NCBI RefSeq assembly: GCF_009914755.1 | Contig: NC_060947.1 | Length of the DNA stretch: 64,000 bases | From: the human T2T-CHM13v2.0 reference genome, Homo sapiens | Direction: 5' to 3' (one strand) | Part shown: positions 1 through 14,022 of the stretch, in pieces | How positions within the stretch are numbered: the first letter of the stretch is position 1 | Layout of the letters: each line of letters starts with the position of its first letter | Program-made: the position numbers and the translations under genes | The notes under the pieces: generated by a model | Seen by the model: the letters and a program-made list of their open reading frames with translations, nothing else | Database searches by the model: none | What the model was told of the DNA's origin: nothing

Positions 1-79
1 AATTGGTCCTCCTGACCTAGATGGTTATCATGCAAGAACAAGCCACAGATCATATGAGATTCCGGGCAAGGGTCACAGT

Positions 80-250
80 CATATAGGGCTTAGTTGGTCA
101 GGCGCTGCATTTAGACAGATCTGTGTTGAAAATTTGTCCTTCTACTCATTACTAGGGGCACCTTAATCGAATTACCCTCTAAGCCTCAGTTTCCACCCCC
201 CATGGTTAAGATAATTTAGCACATAACTACTGAATCCATCATACCCGTTA
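80..250 (+). mobile_element. MIR fragment
   Basis: Degenerate MIR core (ctctaagcctcagtttcc). Confidence 0.55.
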
Positions 251-348
251 CTATTCTTATCATTGTTAATAATGGGTACAGATTGAGATCTAAGTGTAAA
301 TTTGGAAGCTGATCGCTACTGCCATGCTCCCCTCAAGAATTCTCAGAA

Positions 349-464
349 TGGTGGCACATGCCCATAGTCCCAACTACTCGGGAGGCTGAGGTGGGAGTAT
401 TGCTTGAGCCTAGCAGTCTGAGACCAGCCTGGGCAACATAGCAAGACCCCCTTTCTATTTTTAA
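349..464 (+). mobile_element. Alu monomer (FLAM/FAM-like)
   Basis: Single Alu arm flanked by direct repeats aattctcagaa (338-348, 465-475). Confidence 0.85.
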
Positions 465-1109
465 AATTCTCAGAAGCGATGCAAATTCACCTGACCCAGG
501 GACAACCTTTAATGCACCTCAAGAGGGGATGTGATTATCAATACTACTTAGTCATCTCAAGTCAGATGAAATCTATCTCCTTTCCCCAGCTGACTGCACC
601 ACTGGAACAAAGATCAAAGCTCTTGGCCTGTCGATGAGGTTGATAGCTTTATCTTCACATGTAACATGGAAGAGATAGTACCAGGTTAGGGTAGGGGACT
701 TGTCTAAATCTAGAATGGATGTGGCCAATAGCTCTCAGAATTTTCCAGGGGTTCCCCAGCTAGCTTTCCAAAACTGCTTTCAGCATATTGATTCCTGACA
801 GCATTGCACTTCAAGAAAAGAGCAACTACAAACTGCCAGCTTGCCCGCATCTCAAAATCAATCACACATGTAGCAGATGCTTGGGTTTCTCTCTTTCTTT
901 TCCTCTTCCTCCCCTGCAGGAAAGTGTGTGGTTTCTAATAACACTCCTGCTATGTTGTGGCAGGACAGGATGTCAGTTGCACCTGAGGCTACAGAAGTAA
1001 AAGGGTATTCAACAGAAAATTGGCCTACTTAACCCACTTGGGGTAGATTTGATTTCTGCCTTAGTATTAAAACATGAATATCTGTAATTGAAAATGGGCA
1101 TATCCCTAA

Positions 1110-1335
1110 AGCAAACAATTACTGAGTGACTTACTTGCCAGACAGGGTACTAGCTAGTCTCCACACAAAGCACTTCACTGATTTTCACAACCACCCTCCA
1201 AGGTGGATACATGAAAGAACATATCACATATGAGGAAAAAGGCTCTGAGAGGTGAAGTCACTTGCCTCGGATTACAAGAGTTTATCATTGGCAAGGATTT
1301 GAACCTGCACCTCTCTGATTTCAGATCCAATCTGT
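1110..1335 (-). mobile_element. MIR
   Basis: atgaggaaaaaggctctgagaggtgaagtcacttgcc...ggatttgaacc, reverse MIR core. Confidence 0.7.
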
Positions 1336-1865
1336 TCATTTACTTTGTTATTCAAATATTGATTCATGAAATAAACTTGATATTTACTTTATGTAAATTT
1401 CACCCTCAGGGACTTAAAATATTTCTTGCAACATCCAACTTCTGCAAAAACAAGGGATTTGCATTTATGCATCCTAATGCTTGAAATATATGTTGTCTGT
1501 GAAATTTTAGCTATAAAATACCTGTTTGTACATATTACCTAGCAGACAGTGGCACTCAATACATGTTTATTAAAACAACAACAACAACAACAAGGGAATG
1601 TGAAGAAATGCAGGCATTGGAAATGAGTCTTCCTCAGGAAGATGCTGGGTCTTCTATCTTCCATGCATCTGTGACTAGCTTAGCCTGGAATGAATAGGTT
1701 TATGTCTCGATTCAGTGGAGCAATTCCTTCATTACTGTATCATGGCCTAGACAGAAAGGAGGAAAAATGAGCAAGGAATCCAAGATTCTAAAGCACAGCC
1801 TGAATTTGTAAGGCCAGTTTTTCACATCAACATTCCCAGTTGAAAGGAATATTAAAGCTAGAAAG

Positions 1866-2030
1866 GGCAAGGCACGGTGGCTCACACTTGTAATCCCAGC
1901 ACTTTGGGAGGCCAGGCAGGAGGATTGCGTGAGGCCAGGAGTTTGAGACCTGGAGTATGCAAAGCCTGGTCAATATGGTGAGACCCTGTCTCTTCTTATT
2001 AAAGAAAATATAAACAAAGAAAAAATATAA
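1866..2030 (+). mobile_element. Alu left monomer (FLAM_C-like)
   Basis: Single arm with A-rich tail; imperfect flanking repeat taaagct(a/g)gaa. Confidence 0.85.
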
Positions 2031-2675
2031 TAAAGCTGGAAGGGGACTTAGAGGTGAGTGACTGAAATCCTTTCATATTCTAAAAGACAAAACTGAGGCC
2101 CAAAGAGTGACTTGCTCAAGCTAGTCAAATCCAACCCAGGTGTTCTGGTCACCATTTCCCTCATGTACTTTCAACTACATGATACTGCCACCCAGCCAAG
2201 TTTTTCCAGGCTGTGTCAAGGGCAAGGCCAGCAGCCTGAGTCCTGAAGAGTTCTCTGGCTTGCCCAGTATGCCACGGCAAGTTTTTGGCTCTGCCTGAGA
2301 CCATGACATTTAACCACAGACCTTTCTTGGAACCCCTGGAATAAAGACTGCAGCCTGACTCCTTCATGATTTAAATAGCCAAATAATGCCAAGTTGAGTT
2401 TTTTATGATAAGGTAAGTGGCAGTTTAGGATTACAAGTCAAGAAAACATTTATCCGATGATAGTCAATTAATAGAATTAAGGGAAGGTTTAAATTTGGAA
2501 GCCTGAGGAGTAATTTGTTAGTCTTGAACTTTGTTTCAACTTGGCTTGGGCTTTCTAGATTATAAGTAAATGTTTAATAATGTCAATATCTGTTTAAATG
2601 TTTAATAATGTCAATATCTTTAAAAAAAGACTTTTTTGTGCTGTCACTCAAGTTTTTTTCTTACTATGTACTTGA

Positions 2676-2704
2676 TTGTACATATATGTACACATATACA
2701 CATA

Positions 2705-2735
<31 letters not shown>

Positions 2736-2736
2736 G
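2676..2736. repeat. (TG)n(TA)n microsatellite
   Basis: Directly visible. Confidence 0.9.
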
Positions 2737-3512
2737 GCTTCCCTGTGAAAGCATGCTTTTCTCATTACTGTCTTATTAAGATTTAATGATAGCAATCACC
2801 TTTTGAGTTGATATATCGGCAATATTGCAAAGAGCACTCATGTATACAATATTATTTGTCCTGGGGATATCCTTGTGAAGCAAGGAGAGTTTGGGATGTG
2901 TATTTTTCTGCCAAATATGAGGAAAACGAAGCAGGAAGTGGGTTAGACAGCAAGTCAAGGACCCAAGGTTAGAACTTAGTTTGTTTCTCCTAGCACAGTG
3001 TTTTTTTAACCATTAGGTCAGGTCTCTTATCAAGTGATACAGTGGGGAGCAAGTGAAAATTGCTGATAGAGGGATCAAGTAGGTTAGAAGTTGGAGATCC
3101 AAACAATGAAGTAAACTGTCAAACAAAACTAATCCACCAGATACTAGGGAACCATATGGAAAAGTTAGCTTGATATCTAGAGACTATGGGAGACTTACAA
3201 ATAAAGTTCAAATGTTGAAGGACAGAGTTATAGAAAGGAAATACAATTAAACCAAGAAATAAAAGGCAGGGATGGTGATTCTCTACCCATCAAAGCTTGA
3301 TTAAAGAATTCTGCACAGTGGGGGAACTCAAGTTATTGTTGCCTCATGCTGGAGACTCTGAATGGAGAGAGACAGTAAAGCTGCATCTATATGACTAGAC
3401 TCATCTAAAATGGTTGTATGGTTTCTATTATGGGGAGAAGAGCTAGCATGTAGCAATGGACTTAGAAAAATTCAGAAATTTGGAATTGCCCTTAAAAATA
3501 AAATAGCTGGCA

Positions 3513-3836
<324 letters not shown>

Positions 3837-4409
3837 TAAAAATAAAATAGCAAGGAAAAGGAGAGCAGCTGTGTCCAGTTTGTGTTATTTTGGGGTCAGC
3901 CATGGCATTCTGGGCTCAGTTCTGATGGGGAGTACAGGGGAGTATGAGGACTTTACTGAACTTTCACAAAGTAGGGTTGCACCAGGAGTGCCCTCCCCGC
4001 CACTCACACCCCTCACCTGCCAAGTATTAATCATGTTCTTTGGGATCATTCTGAAACTGGGAGGATCAGAATGCTTCCCATGCTCCTGGAGTCTAGAGGC
4101 TGAACTTACTGCAGCACACACTTTCCTCTTATTCCAGGAAGCTGGGTTCTGTTGCTTCCCAGATTGTGTGAGGTTGATGTATTCCAAGTGTCTTGAACAA
4201 TTCTGTAGACATACGCTATGGGGACCCCATTGTTAATATCAGCTGTGGGATCACCACTGGAGTTATGGTGCCAGGGGTGGAGAAGGGCTTCTTGGCAACA
4301 GCGGTTCCCAGCTCTGCAATTAAAGACCTGAGCTTTGTCCTGAGTCTGATTGGTTTAGCATCTTCTACATTCTTAGCATTCATTTCCTGACATAAGAAGT
4401 GATCTGATG

Positions 4410-4690
4410 AGCCTCACAGACAGAATGCTGAGCAAAATAAGCCAGACACAATGAATTAAATGCTGCACAATTCCATTTATATGGCATTCAAGAGTAAGCA
4501 AAGTGAATCTATGGTGATAAAAATCAGAACAATGGTTACCTCTGGGGGTAGGGATTGACAGGGAGGTGGGCATGAAGATCTGGGTGGTGATTACAGTGGT
4601 GTATACATTTGTCAAACTCATGGAGCTGTACACTTAAAACTAATAATGCATCTTAGTGTATGTAAATTAAACCTCAAGAAAAAAGAGAAA
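4410..4690 (+). mobile_element. Old L1M 3' end fragment
   Basis: ataagccagacaca...ttccatttatat...gtatacatttgtcaaactcat...gtacacttaaaa. Confidence 0.75.
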
Positions 4691-4697
4691 TAAATTA

Positions 4698-5000
4698 GGC
4701 CAAGCACAGTGGCTCACACCTGTAATCCCAGCACTGTGGGAGGCCAAGGCAAGTGGGTGTGAGCTCAGGAGTTCAAGACCAGCCTGGGCAACATGGTGAA
4801 ACCCCATCTCTATTAAAAAAAAAAGTACAAAAATTAGCTGGGCTTGGTGGCACAAGCCTGTAGTCCCAGCTACTTGGGAGGATGGCTTGAGCCAGGAAGG
4901 TGGAGGTTGCAGTGAGCTGAGATTGCCTGGGAGACAGACCCAGACCCTGTCTGATAAATAAATAAATAAGTAAATAAATAAAAAAGAAAGAAAGAAAGAA
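4698..5000 (+). mobile_element. AluJ
   Basis: Diverged dimer with internal deletions and a (TAAA)/(GAAA) tail. Confidence 0.9.
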
Positions 5001-5044
5001 ATTGAAAGCAGTGATGTCTTAATGGACAGTCAGCTCATCTACCA

Positions 5045-5260
5045 AGAGCAGTATTGTGTATGGGTTCGGGTTACTGGCTTTGGAGCTAGCAGATCTGGGA
5101 TAAAATCCCAGCTTTGGCACATACAAGCAGTATGACTTAAGCATACATTTTCACATCCATAAAATGGGGATTAAAACAATAGTACCTATTGTTCCAGGCT
5201 GTTTGTCATAAGGCTTAAATGAGATACTGTATGCAAAGCACTCAACCATTTAATGGTGTT
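5045..5260 (+). mobile_element. MIR
   Basis: ggctttggagc...ataaaatgggga..aatagtacct...aaatgagata. Confidence 0.7.
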
Positions 5261-5345
5261 TGCTCACCCTTAGTTAGATTTTCTTGCTTTATTGACTAGA
5301 CCCATGGTAGTTCCCAATCTTAGTTTAAAAAAAAATATCCATACT

Positions 5346-5654
<309 letters not shown>

Positions 5655-5740
5655 CTACTACCAAAGCTTCTGATTGTATTGGTCTGGAGTGGGGCCCCCA
5701 AAATCAGTATTTTTAAAAAACTGGCCAAATGACTCTAAAA

Positions 5741-6284
5741 CAGCAGTCCCCAACGTTTTTGGCACCAGGGACTGGTTTTGTGGAAGACAATTTTTCCAAG
5801 GACTGGTTGTGGGGGAGCAGGGTTAGGGGGCGTGGTTTCAGTATGTTTCAAGAGGGTTACATTTATTGTGCACTTTATTTCTATTATTATTACACTGTAA
5901 TAGATAATGAAACAGTTTATACAACTCACCATAATATAGAATCAGTGAGAGCCCTGAGCTTGTTTTCCTGCAACTGGATGGTCCCATCTGGAGGTGATGG
6001 GAGACAGTGACAGATCATCAGGCATTAGATTCTCATAAGGAGTGCGCAACCTAGATCCATCACATGCACAGTTCACAGTAGGGTTCATGCTCCTATGAGA
6101 ATCTAATGCTGCCACTGATTTGACAGGAGGCGGATCTCAGGCAGTAATGTGAGTGATGGGGAGCTACTGTAAATACAGAAGAAGTTTCGCTTGCTTGCCC
6201 ACCACTCATCTCCTGCTGTGCTGCCCAGTTCCTAACAGGCCACAGACTGGTATGGGTGTGTAGTCCAGGGGTTTGAGACCCCTG
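5741..6284. mobile_element. MER1A-type hAT-Charlie DNA transposon, full length
   Basis: Terminal inverted repeats cagcagtccccaac...gtttgagacccctg; 8-bp TSD ctctaaaa/ctctaaag. Confidence 0.9.
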
Positions 6285-6414
6285 CTCTAAAGTGCTGGAG
6301 CCAGAGCTAACATCCAGTAGGTTAGATTTATTACATCCCCAATCAAACGTTGCCTCTTCCTCTATGAACATGTTCCTGGCAATTCCTGCTCCTGGTGTTT
6401 TCCCTCTTTTCTGA

Positions 6415-6660
6415 ACTTTTTTTTTTTAATTGAGGCATTACTGACATACAGTAAAACGTACAACTCTAAAGTGTGCACGCTATGTAGGTTTACATATGTA
6501 TACATCCATGTAACGTCACCCAGATCAAGACACAGAGCATTGCTGGCATTCCAGGAGGCTTCCTTCTTTTCCCTTCCCGTCAGTGTCTCTAGGGTATCTG
6601 CCATGCTGACCTTTCTCCCCATAGATGGCTTTACTTGGTGTTGAACTATGCCTGAATTCT
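6415..6660 (-). mobile_element. L1M 3' fragment
   Basis: T-run followed by taattgaggca...acatacagtaaa...cacccagatcaaga. Confidence 0.7.
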
Positions 6661-7179
6661 TCTCACTCTCCTTGTTGGTAAAACTCACTTGACACATACA
6701 AGACTTGTTTTTGTGGTAGCAGCTCATATTTTCTTGGCTTGTGTTTATACTTCCCTTATTTATTGTTTTCTAACCTCCCTTGTTTGTGAGTATCTCCCTA
6801 GCTGAATTTTAAGCTCCTTGAGAGCAGACATTGCTCACAGGCAATAGAGCATTCCTATGAACATAATAGAGACTCAGAAAGTACTTACGGAATGAATGCT
6901 GGTGTCGAATGTTTTGCATGGTGGCAGAAGCAGTAAGCAGACAGTCAAATTAAGACAAAGACTTCTCCATCCTCCGTACATATGCAGTTTATTTTTACTG
7001 CTAACACTTCATATAATGTTGGGAGTGTGCATTGTTTTTTGCTTGTGAAAGATCATGTATGCATTCGACTCTCAGGTTCCATTGTGGACAGAGTGGTAGG
7101 AGTTGATTCAAAGAATAAAGTGCAGGAGGAGAAAAGGTAAGATGATGAAGTCAAAGGAACGAGCTTGCTCTGGCTCCTA

Positions 7180-7330
7180 CTGTTGAAAGATCACTGGACC
7201 GGGAGTTAGAACCTCAAGTTCTAGTCCTCACTCTGCCACTAACTTGTGTGACCTTAGGCAAGTCACTTCACTTGTCTGAACCTCAGTTTGTCTGTGGTAC
7301 AACAGAGGTAATAATTTCTGACACTTTGCA
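7180..7330 (+). mobile_element. MIR
   Basis: ctctgccactaacttgtgtgaccttaggcaagtcacttcac..tctgaacctcagttt. Confidence 0.8.
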
Positions 7331-8574
7331 CTCCACAGTAGGTCAGCTGTGTTCATAGCTGGGAGGCACTTTGGCCAAAAGAATTTAGAGCATTGTCTCC
7401 CCAGACTCCCCAGATCTCCAAGTCAGGTAGGTAGATTATCTTTCTGCTTTAAGATTCAAACCAGACTGGGATAAAAAGGTGGGAAGGTTGAGTTCGTAGA
7501 ATCATAGAAGATTAATGCCAGCAGGTATTTTAGAGACCATTCTAGTCCAACCCTCTCATTTTGCTTCTGAGTACACAGAAGCACAGAGAGATTATTTTCC
7601 CCAAGGTTTCACTGAACCAAGCCTGGATTCTGGGTTCCGTTTTCACTGTTGTGCTTCAAGGATCTACTTAAAAAGCAAAGTTGATTTGCTCTTGTTACTG
7701 GTTGGCGACAAGAAAGCTCTGGCCTGTATCCCAGCAAAGATATGATCAGGACTTTTGCCTGCAGCTTTTGCAGTTCTAAATTCAACATACCATTTCACCT
7801 CAATTATTACCTGCCTTTTACTTATGGGGACAACAATCTCCTAGTGCTTATTTAGTGCCTACTAGGAGTTTGCCACTCTGCTAGGTGCTGTGGGTGGGGT
7901 TTAGAAAAGATTAAGATCCATTCCCAGCTCTCAAAGAGCCTGGTGTGGGAGACAAGAGTCACAATGAGAGAACAATGGAAGGCAGTATGTGATTCAGAAT
8001 AAAATGAGTAGTGCAGGCAATAAATGCTGTACAAGTTCAGAGGAGGAAGAGAGCTCCAGGAGCTGAGGGAGGGGGATTGGGGGGAGTGAAATTTTACGTG
8101 GGCTTTGAAGGATGGTAGGATTGTTTATGCAAATGTGGGGGAGGGCGCTGAATTTGAGGTTGTGTGTGCGTGCACGTGCTTGGGTGTGTGTACACATGCA
8201 AATGCAGGGATGGGTAATAATAGGGAGCACTTAGTGAACACTCTCTATGCACCAGACACCACCTTATGGTCCCCAACATTCAGCTCATTTGACTGTGCAT
8301 AACCTCATCAATTTGATAATAGTATCTTTCAATTAATAGATGAGGCAATTGAGGCACAGGGAGGTTGAGAGTAAATTGTCCAAGGTGACACAGCAAGTAA
8401 ATAATATAAATGGGGTTAGATTCGAATCCATATCCTAAAAACACTTTGTTATTCTACTTGTAAACCCAGAATAAAATTTTAAGCCCCCTAAATGACTGAA
8501 CAGACACACCCCCCAACACACACCCCCTACCTTGGCTAAGAGGACCTGGAAAGAAAACTTGAAAAACTAGCTCA

Positions 8575-9360
<786 letters not shown>

Positions 9361-10556
9361 TTAGAAACCTTGACAGAAACCATCACAAAATTTCCCATGT
9401 TCAAAAAACCTCAAGGACATTCTTCATTATACCCCCTCTCTTTGGAGTTTATGCACAATTGATCAGCATTCACATTAAAATAGAGATCATAAGACTGACA
9501 AAACAGACTCTTCGTGACAATAAAATACCAAATTCTAACCTGACCCTGGTATAGCACCACATGACAGAAAGCAGGCCCTGAAGGAAATCAAAGTATTTTA
9601 CCCCAAAATACATTTCTTTGACATATTTTGAAATGGCCTTGCAAAGCTATCTCTTGTGGAGAAAATCTACATTCTATAGAGAATCTCCTTCCCTTTCCAG
9701 GTCCTTTCATGATCCAGGAGAGATTTAACTAAGAGTCGGACACGTTTTAAGGTCCAATAAGAGATTTTACATCTATTCTCTCTGAAGGTTGCTACCTGTA
9801 GGCTTCATCTACATAGCAAGAATCTTGGCTTCCACAATACCCGTTATCTTAAGCATTTCTTTCTGCTGACTTCAACTCTTTACTTTAAATAAAGCTTAAC
9901 TTTTTCGACCAGTTGCTAGTCAGAAGTCTTTGAATCCACCTATGACTGTGAGCTTCCCCCAACCACCTGAGATGTCCCGCCTTTCCAGGCTGAGACCAAT
10001 GTATACCTTACATGTATTGATTTATATCTTTGCCTGTAACTCCTGTCTCTCTAAAATGTATAAAACCAAGCTGTAATCCGACCACCTCGGGCACAGGATC
10101 TCAGGACCTTCTGAGGCTGTGTCACATGTCATGGTCCTCACATTTGGTGCAGAATAAATCTCAAATATTTTACAGAGTTTGGCTTTTTTCTTCAACATGC
10201 CTGTGAAAAAGGAATTTATGGCTCAATTTAGAAAACTGGCCTGGCTACAGTCATTATTAACCATAGTCATTGTTGCAAACTCGGGACAGTCTAGGCCAAA
10301 TTCTCAACAGAAGCTCAGCATGGAAATTGGAGGGATTACTGAAGCCATTGGCTAAGTGCTATATCCTAATTCTTGCTTCCTTGAAGATAGCAACTTGAGG
10401 TTTTGGGATGCTGTATTCCATTGCTAGGTGCTCCCCAGCTTTGTCCTTAATGTTCCTTGGTTATGTTGCTGAGGATTTAACAAAACACTTAAGGAGAATG
10501 AACTAGTGAGCCTCTGAATCAAGCCTTGTTTGTTGTTGTTTATTAATTGGCACTTG

Positions 10557-11161
10557 TATTACTGGAAAGTGGTCTGGATGCAGACCCCAAGAGAGGGTTC
10601 TTGGACCTCTAGCAAGAATTCGGGGCAAGAAAGAATTTGGAGTAAAGTCAAAGCAAGTCTATTAAGAAAGTAAAGGAATAAAGAATGGCTACTCCATAGG
10701 CAGAGTAGCAGCTTGGGCTGCTCAACTGATAATTCTTATGGTTATTTCTTGATTATATGCTAAACAAGGGGTGGATTATTCATGAGTTTTCTGGGAAAGG
10801 GGTGGGCAATTCTCAGAACTGAGGGTTCCTCCCCCTTTCAGACCATATAGGGTAACTTCTGGACGCTGGTGGGAGTGACTTTTAGCATGCTAATGCGTTA
10901 TAATTTGCATATAATGAGCAGTGGGGACGACCAGAGGTAACTGTCATCACCTTTTTGGTTTTAGTGGGGTTTGGCCGGCTTCTTTACTGCATCCTGTTTT
11001 ATCAGCAAGGTCTTTGTGACCTATAATCTTGTGCCGACCTCCTATCTCATCCCGTGACTTGGAATGCCTAACTTTTTGGGAATGCAGCTCAGTAGGTCTC
11101 AGCCTCATTTTATCCAGGCCCTGTTCAAGATGGAGTCGCTCTGGTTCTAACGCCTCTGACA
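10557..11161 (-). mobile_element. MER41B-type ERV1 solo LTR
   Basis: Minus strand begins TGTCAGAGGCGTTAGAACCAGAGCGACTCCATCTTGAA; perfect 4-bp TSD CTTG (10553-10556, 11162-11165); keeps the tandem-GAS segment. Confidence 0.92.
10789..10818. promoter_or_regulatory. Tandem GAS (STAT) motifs TTCTGGGAA and TTCTCAGAA
   Basis: Two TTCN3GAA matches at 10789-10797 and 10810-10818 within the MER41 LTR. Confidence 0.7.
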
Positions 11162-12299
11162 CTTGGAGAACATCAGGCCTATGGTAGATGTTGTACAAAA
11201 CTTGGAGTCAGACAAGGCTACCTGGCTGTACTTGTTCGGAAAACCAGACTTGGAAAAAACGGGAGGGCGATGGCCTGATAATACAGTAGATTGCATTTTA
11301 TGTTTTGAGCCTGGCTTGCAGCCAACATCCAAAAGTGTTTCCTAGGCAAGGTGCCTAACTGTGTTTTTCTGGATATTCTTCTAACTCATCGTGAGTCTTC
11401 AATAAATATTAAATAAACATGAGGAAGGTCCTGAGAAGGTCCTTTTACTGACCCTTGTCTCAAGAAAAGCAAAGAGCCGATCGGTAAAAAGCAGCAGGTA
11501 GGAAGAGGGGATTTTATTTCCGTCAGTTGCCCTTATCCAGGTTTTGGGCTTAGTGCTGCTCCTCCACACTCATATAGTCCTGGCTGGCTTTTCCACGCAT
11601 AGGTTAGGAAGCAACTGCTCTGGGGAGGGGGAAGGGGGGAAGAGGGGGAGGGAAAGAGGTCACGGGAAGCCTCCCTTCCTCCCACTGGCCTACCATTGAA
11701 GGCCTGTCAGGAGAAAGGAGAGAAGTGGGAGAGGGAGAGGGTGTGGCAGGGGTGGTCTGTGTGGCAAGAGGTAGAGAGAAAATAGTGGATCAGAGCAGGA
11801 GGGGGAGGAGCAGGGAAATGAAGCTCCTGTCCTAGGCACTGAAGTGTGGAGTGGGGCTGTGGCTAGAAAGGGGAGAGAAGATGCCTTTCTGGCCTTGCAT
11901 GAGTCGTGGCAGAAAGGAGGAATCGCGAAGAGGAGCCGGCCATACCCAGCACACACCCCGAAGCCAAGCTGCTCATTACTAGAAAGGCTTATTCCCCCAC
12001 AAGAAGTTAGTGCGGGCCAGCTAAGTGCCTACTATGTGTGCAGTATAGAAAGAAGTGCCCTGGAGAACCAGGTCGCGGGAGGCGGAGCCAGTCAACAGGG
12101 CTTCACCGAGGGGGCGAATTCTGTACACGGTTGTGAAGGAGGGTGGCTGTGCACGCGTGCAGGCTCCGAGTGCAGAAGACGAGGCAGGCCAGGGAGGAGG
12201 CGGAAGGAGGCGGAGCCTGAGCCGGAGGAGGGAGGAGGAGGGAGGAGGAGGAGGGAGAGCCGAAGCCGCGGAGGGTGGGAGGTGTGAATGGTGGACGGG

Positions 12300-12601
12300 T
12301 GAGGGGAGTGCCAGAGGCAGAAAAGGGAAGGAGGCGAGGAGGAGTAGTCGTGGCCCGAGGGCGTGTGGTGGGGCGAGAGCTGAACTGGACGGGAGGAGGG
12401 AGGCAGTGGCGGTGGCAGCGGGGAGGGGGAGGAGAGAGGGAGGGGAAGAAGGAGGAAGCGAGCGCGGCTGCTGCAGGGGGAGGAAGACGGGGAGGAGGAG
12501 CCGTGCGCCGCGGCGGCGGCCGCCAGGGGAACCGAGCGCCCGGCGCGGAGAGCGCGGGAGCGGAGCAGTAGCCCGATCCGGGGCCGCGGGCCGAGCTGCC
12601 G
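12300..12601 (+). other. TMEM164: Non-coding first exon of TMEM164 (5' boundary approximate)
   Basis: Consensus donor CCG|GTGAGT at 12601/12602 inside the CpG island, downstream of a purine-rich GGA/GCG leader. Confidence 0.7.
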
Positions 12602-12879
12602 GTGAGTGAAGCCCCGAGGGGCGCGGCGGCCGGTCCCCGGGGCTGGGCGGGAGGCGCGGGAGGTTGCGGCGCCGGGGAGGAGGGAGGGGGGCCGGCTTTA
12701 GTCCAGGGGCCGGCTTTAGTCCAGCCCCCGGCTGGCCCGGCCTCCCGCCCTCCCTCTGGCTTCCTCCCTCCGCTGCCTGCGCGAGGGGGGCAGGTCCCGG
12801 GCGGGCCGCGGGCTGGGGGTGGTGCTGCCCGGAGGGCGGGCGTCTAGGGCCGGAGGGTGGAGCTGGGGGTTCGGGGGTG

Positions 12880-12985
12880 TACCCGGGGGCGGGAGGCTGG
12901 ACAAGGACGGCTCTAAATTGGCTGGAGGGGCCCGTCGGCGGCGAAGTTGCTAGCTGGGGGCAGAGACGGCCACGCGGTTGCAGGA
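12880..12985 (+). other. TMEM164: Possible alternative non-coding first exon
   Basis: Donor-like GGA|GTAAGA at 12985/12986, with a GC box (GGGGCGGG) near 12886. Start position is a guess. Confidence 0.35.
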
Positions 12986-13248
12986 GTAAGAGATCCCTCT
13001 GTGGCGAGTGCGTGAGACGAGGAGTCCGGCGTCCCTGCCATCCCCGTCGCCCTCCCCGCCTGCTCGGCCCCGCTAGCTCCTCTCCTTGCCTCCGCGTGTC
13101 CCCTAGCTCTGACCCCTTTTGGCTCCCGGTTCGCTGCCGCAGCACTGCCGGGTCTCCTTGGCCCCCGCCCTGACCCTTTCGGCCTCCGGCTTCCCCTGAC
13201 CCCTGTTTGCTTCGCCACTGCCCCGTTCCCGTTTTCTTCCCTCGCTAG

Positions 13249-14022
<774 letters not shown>

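Noticed and set aside
3871-4390. Cluster of overlapping ORFs in non-repeat-looking sequence
   Set aside because: No recognisable protein similarity or splice structure; lengths are compatible with chance.
12021-13145. 374-aa antisense ORF and other long ORFs over the CpG island
   Set aside because: Low-complexity P/R/G/A translations in several frames are expected from very high GC content; no recognisable domain.
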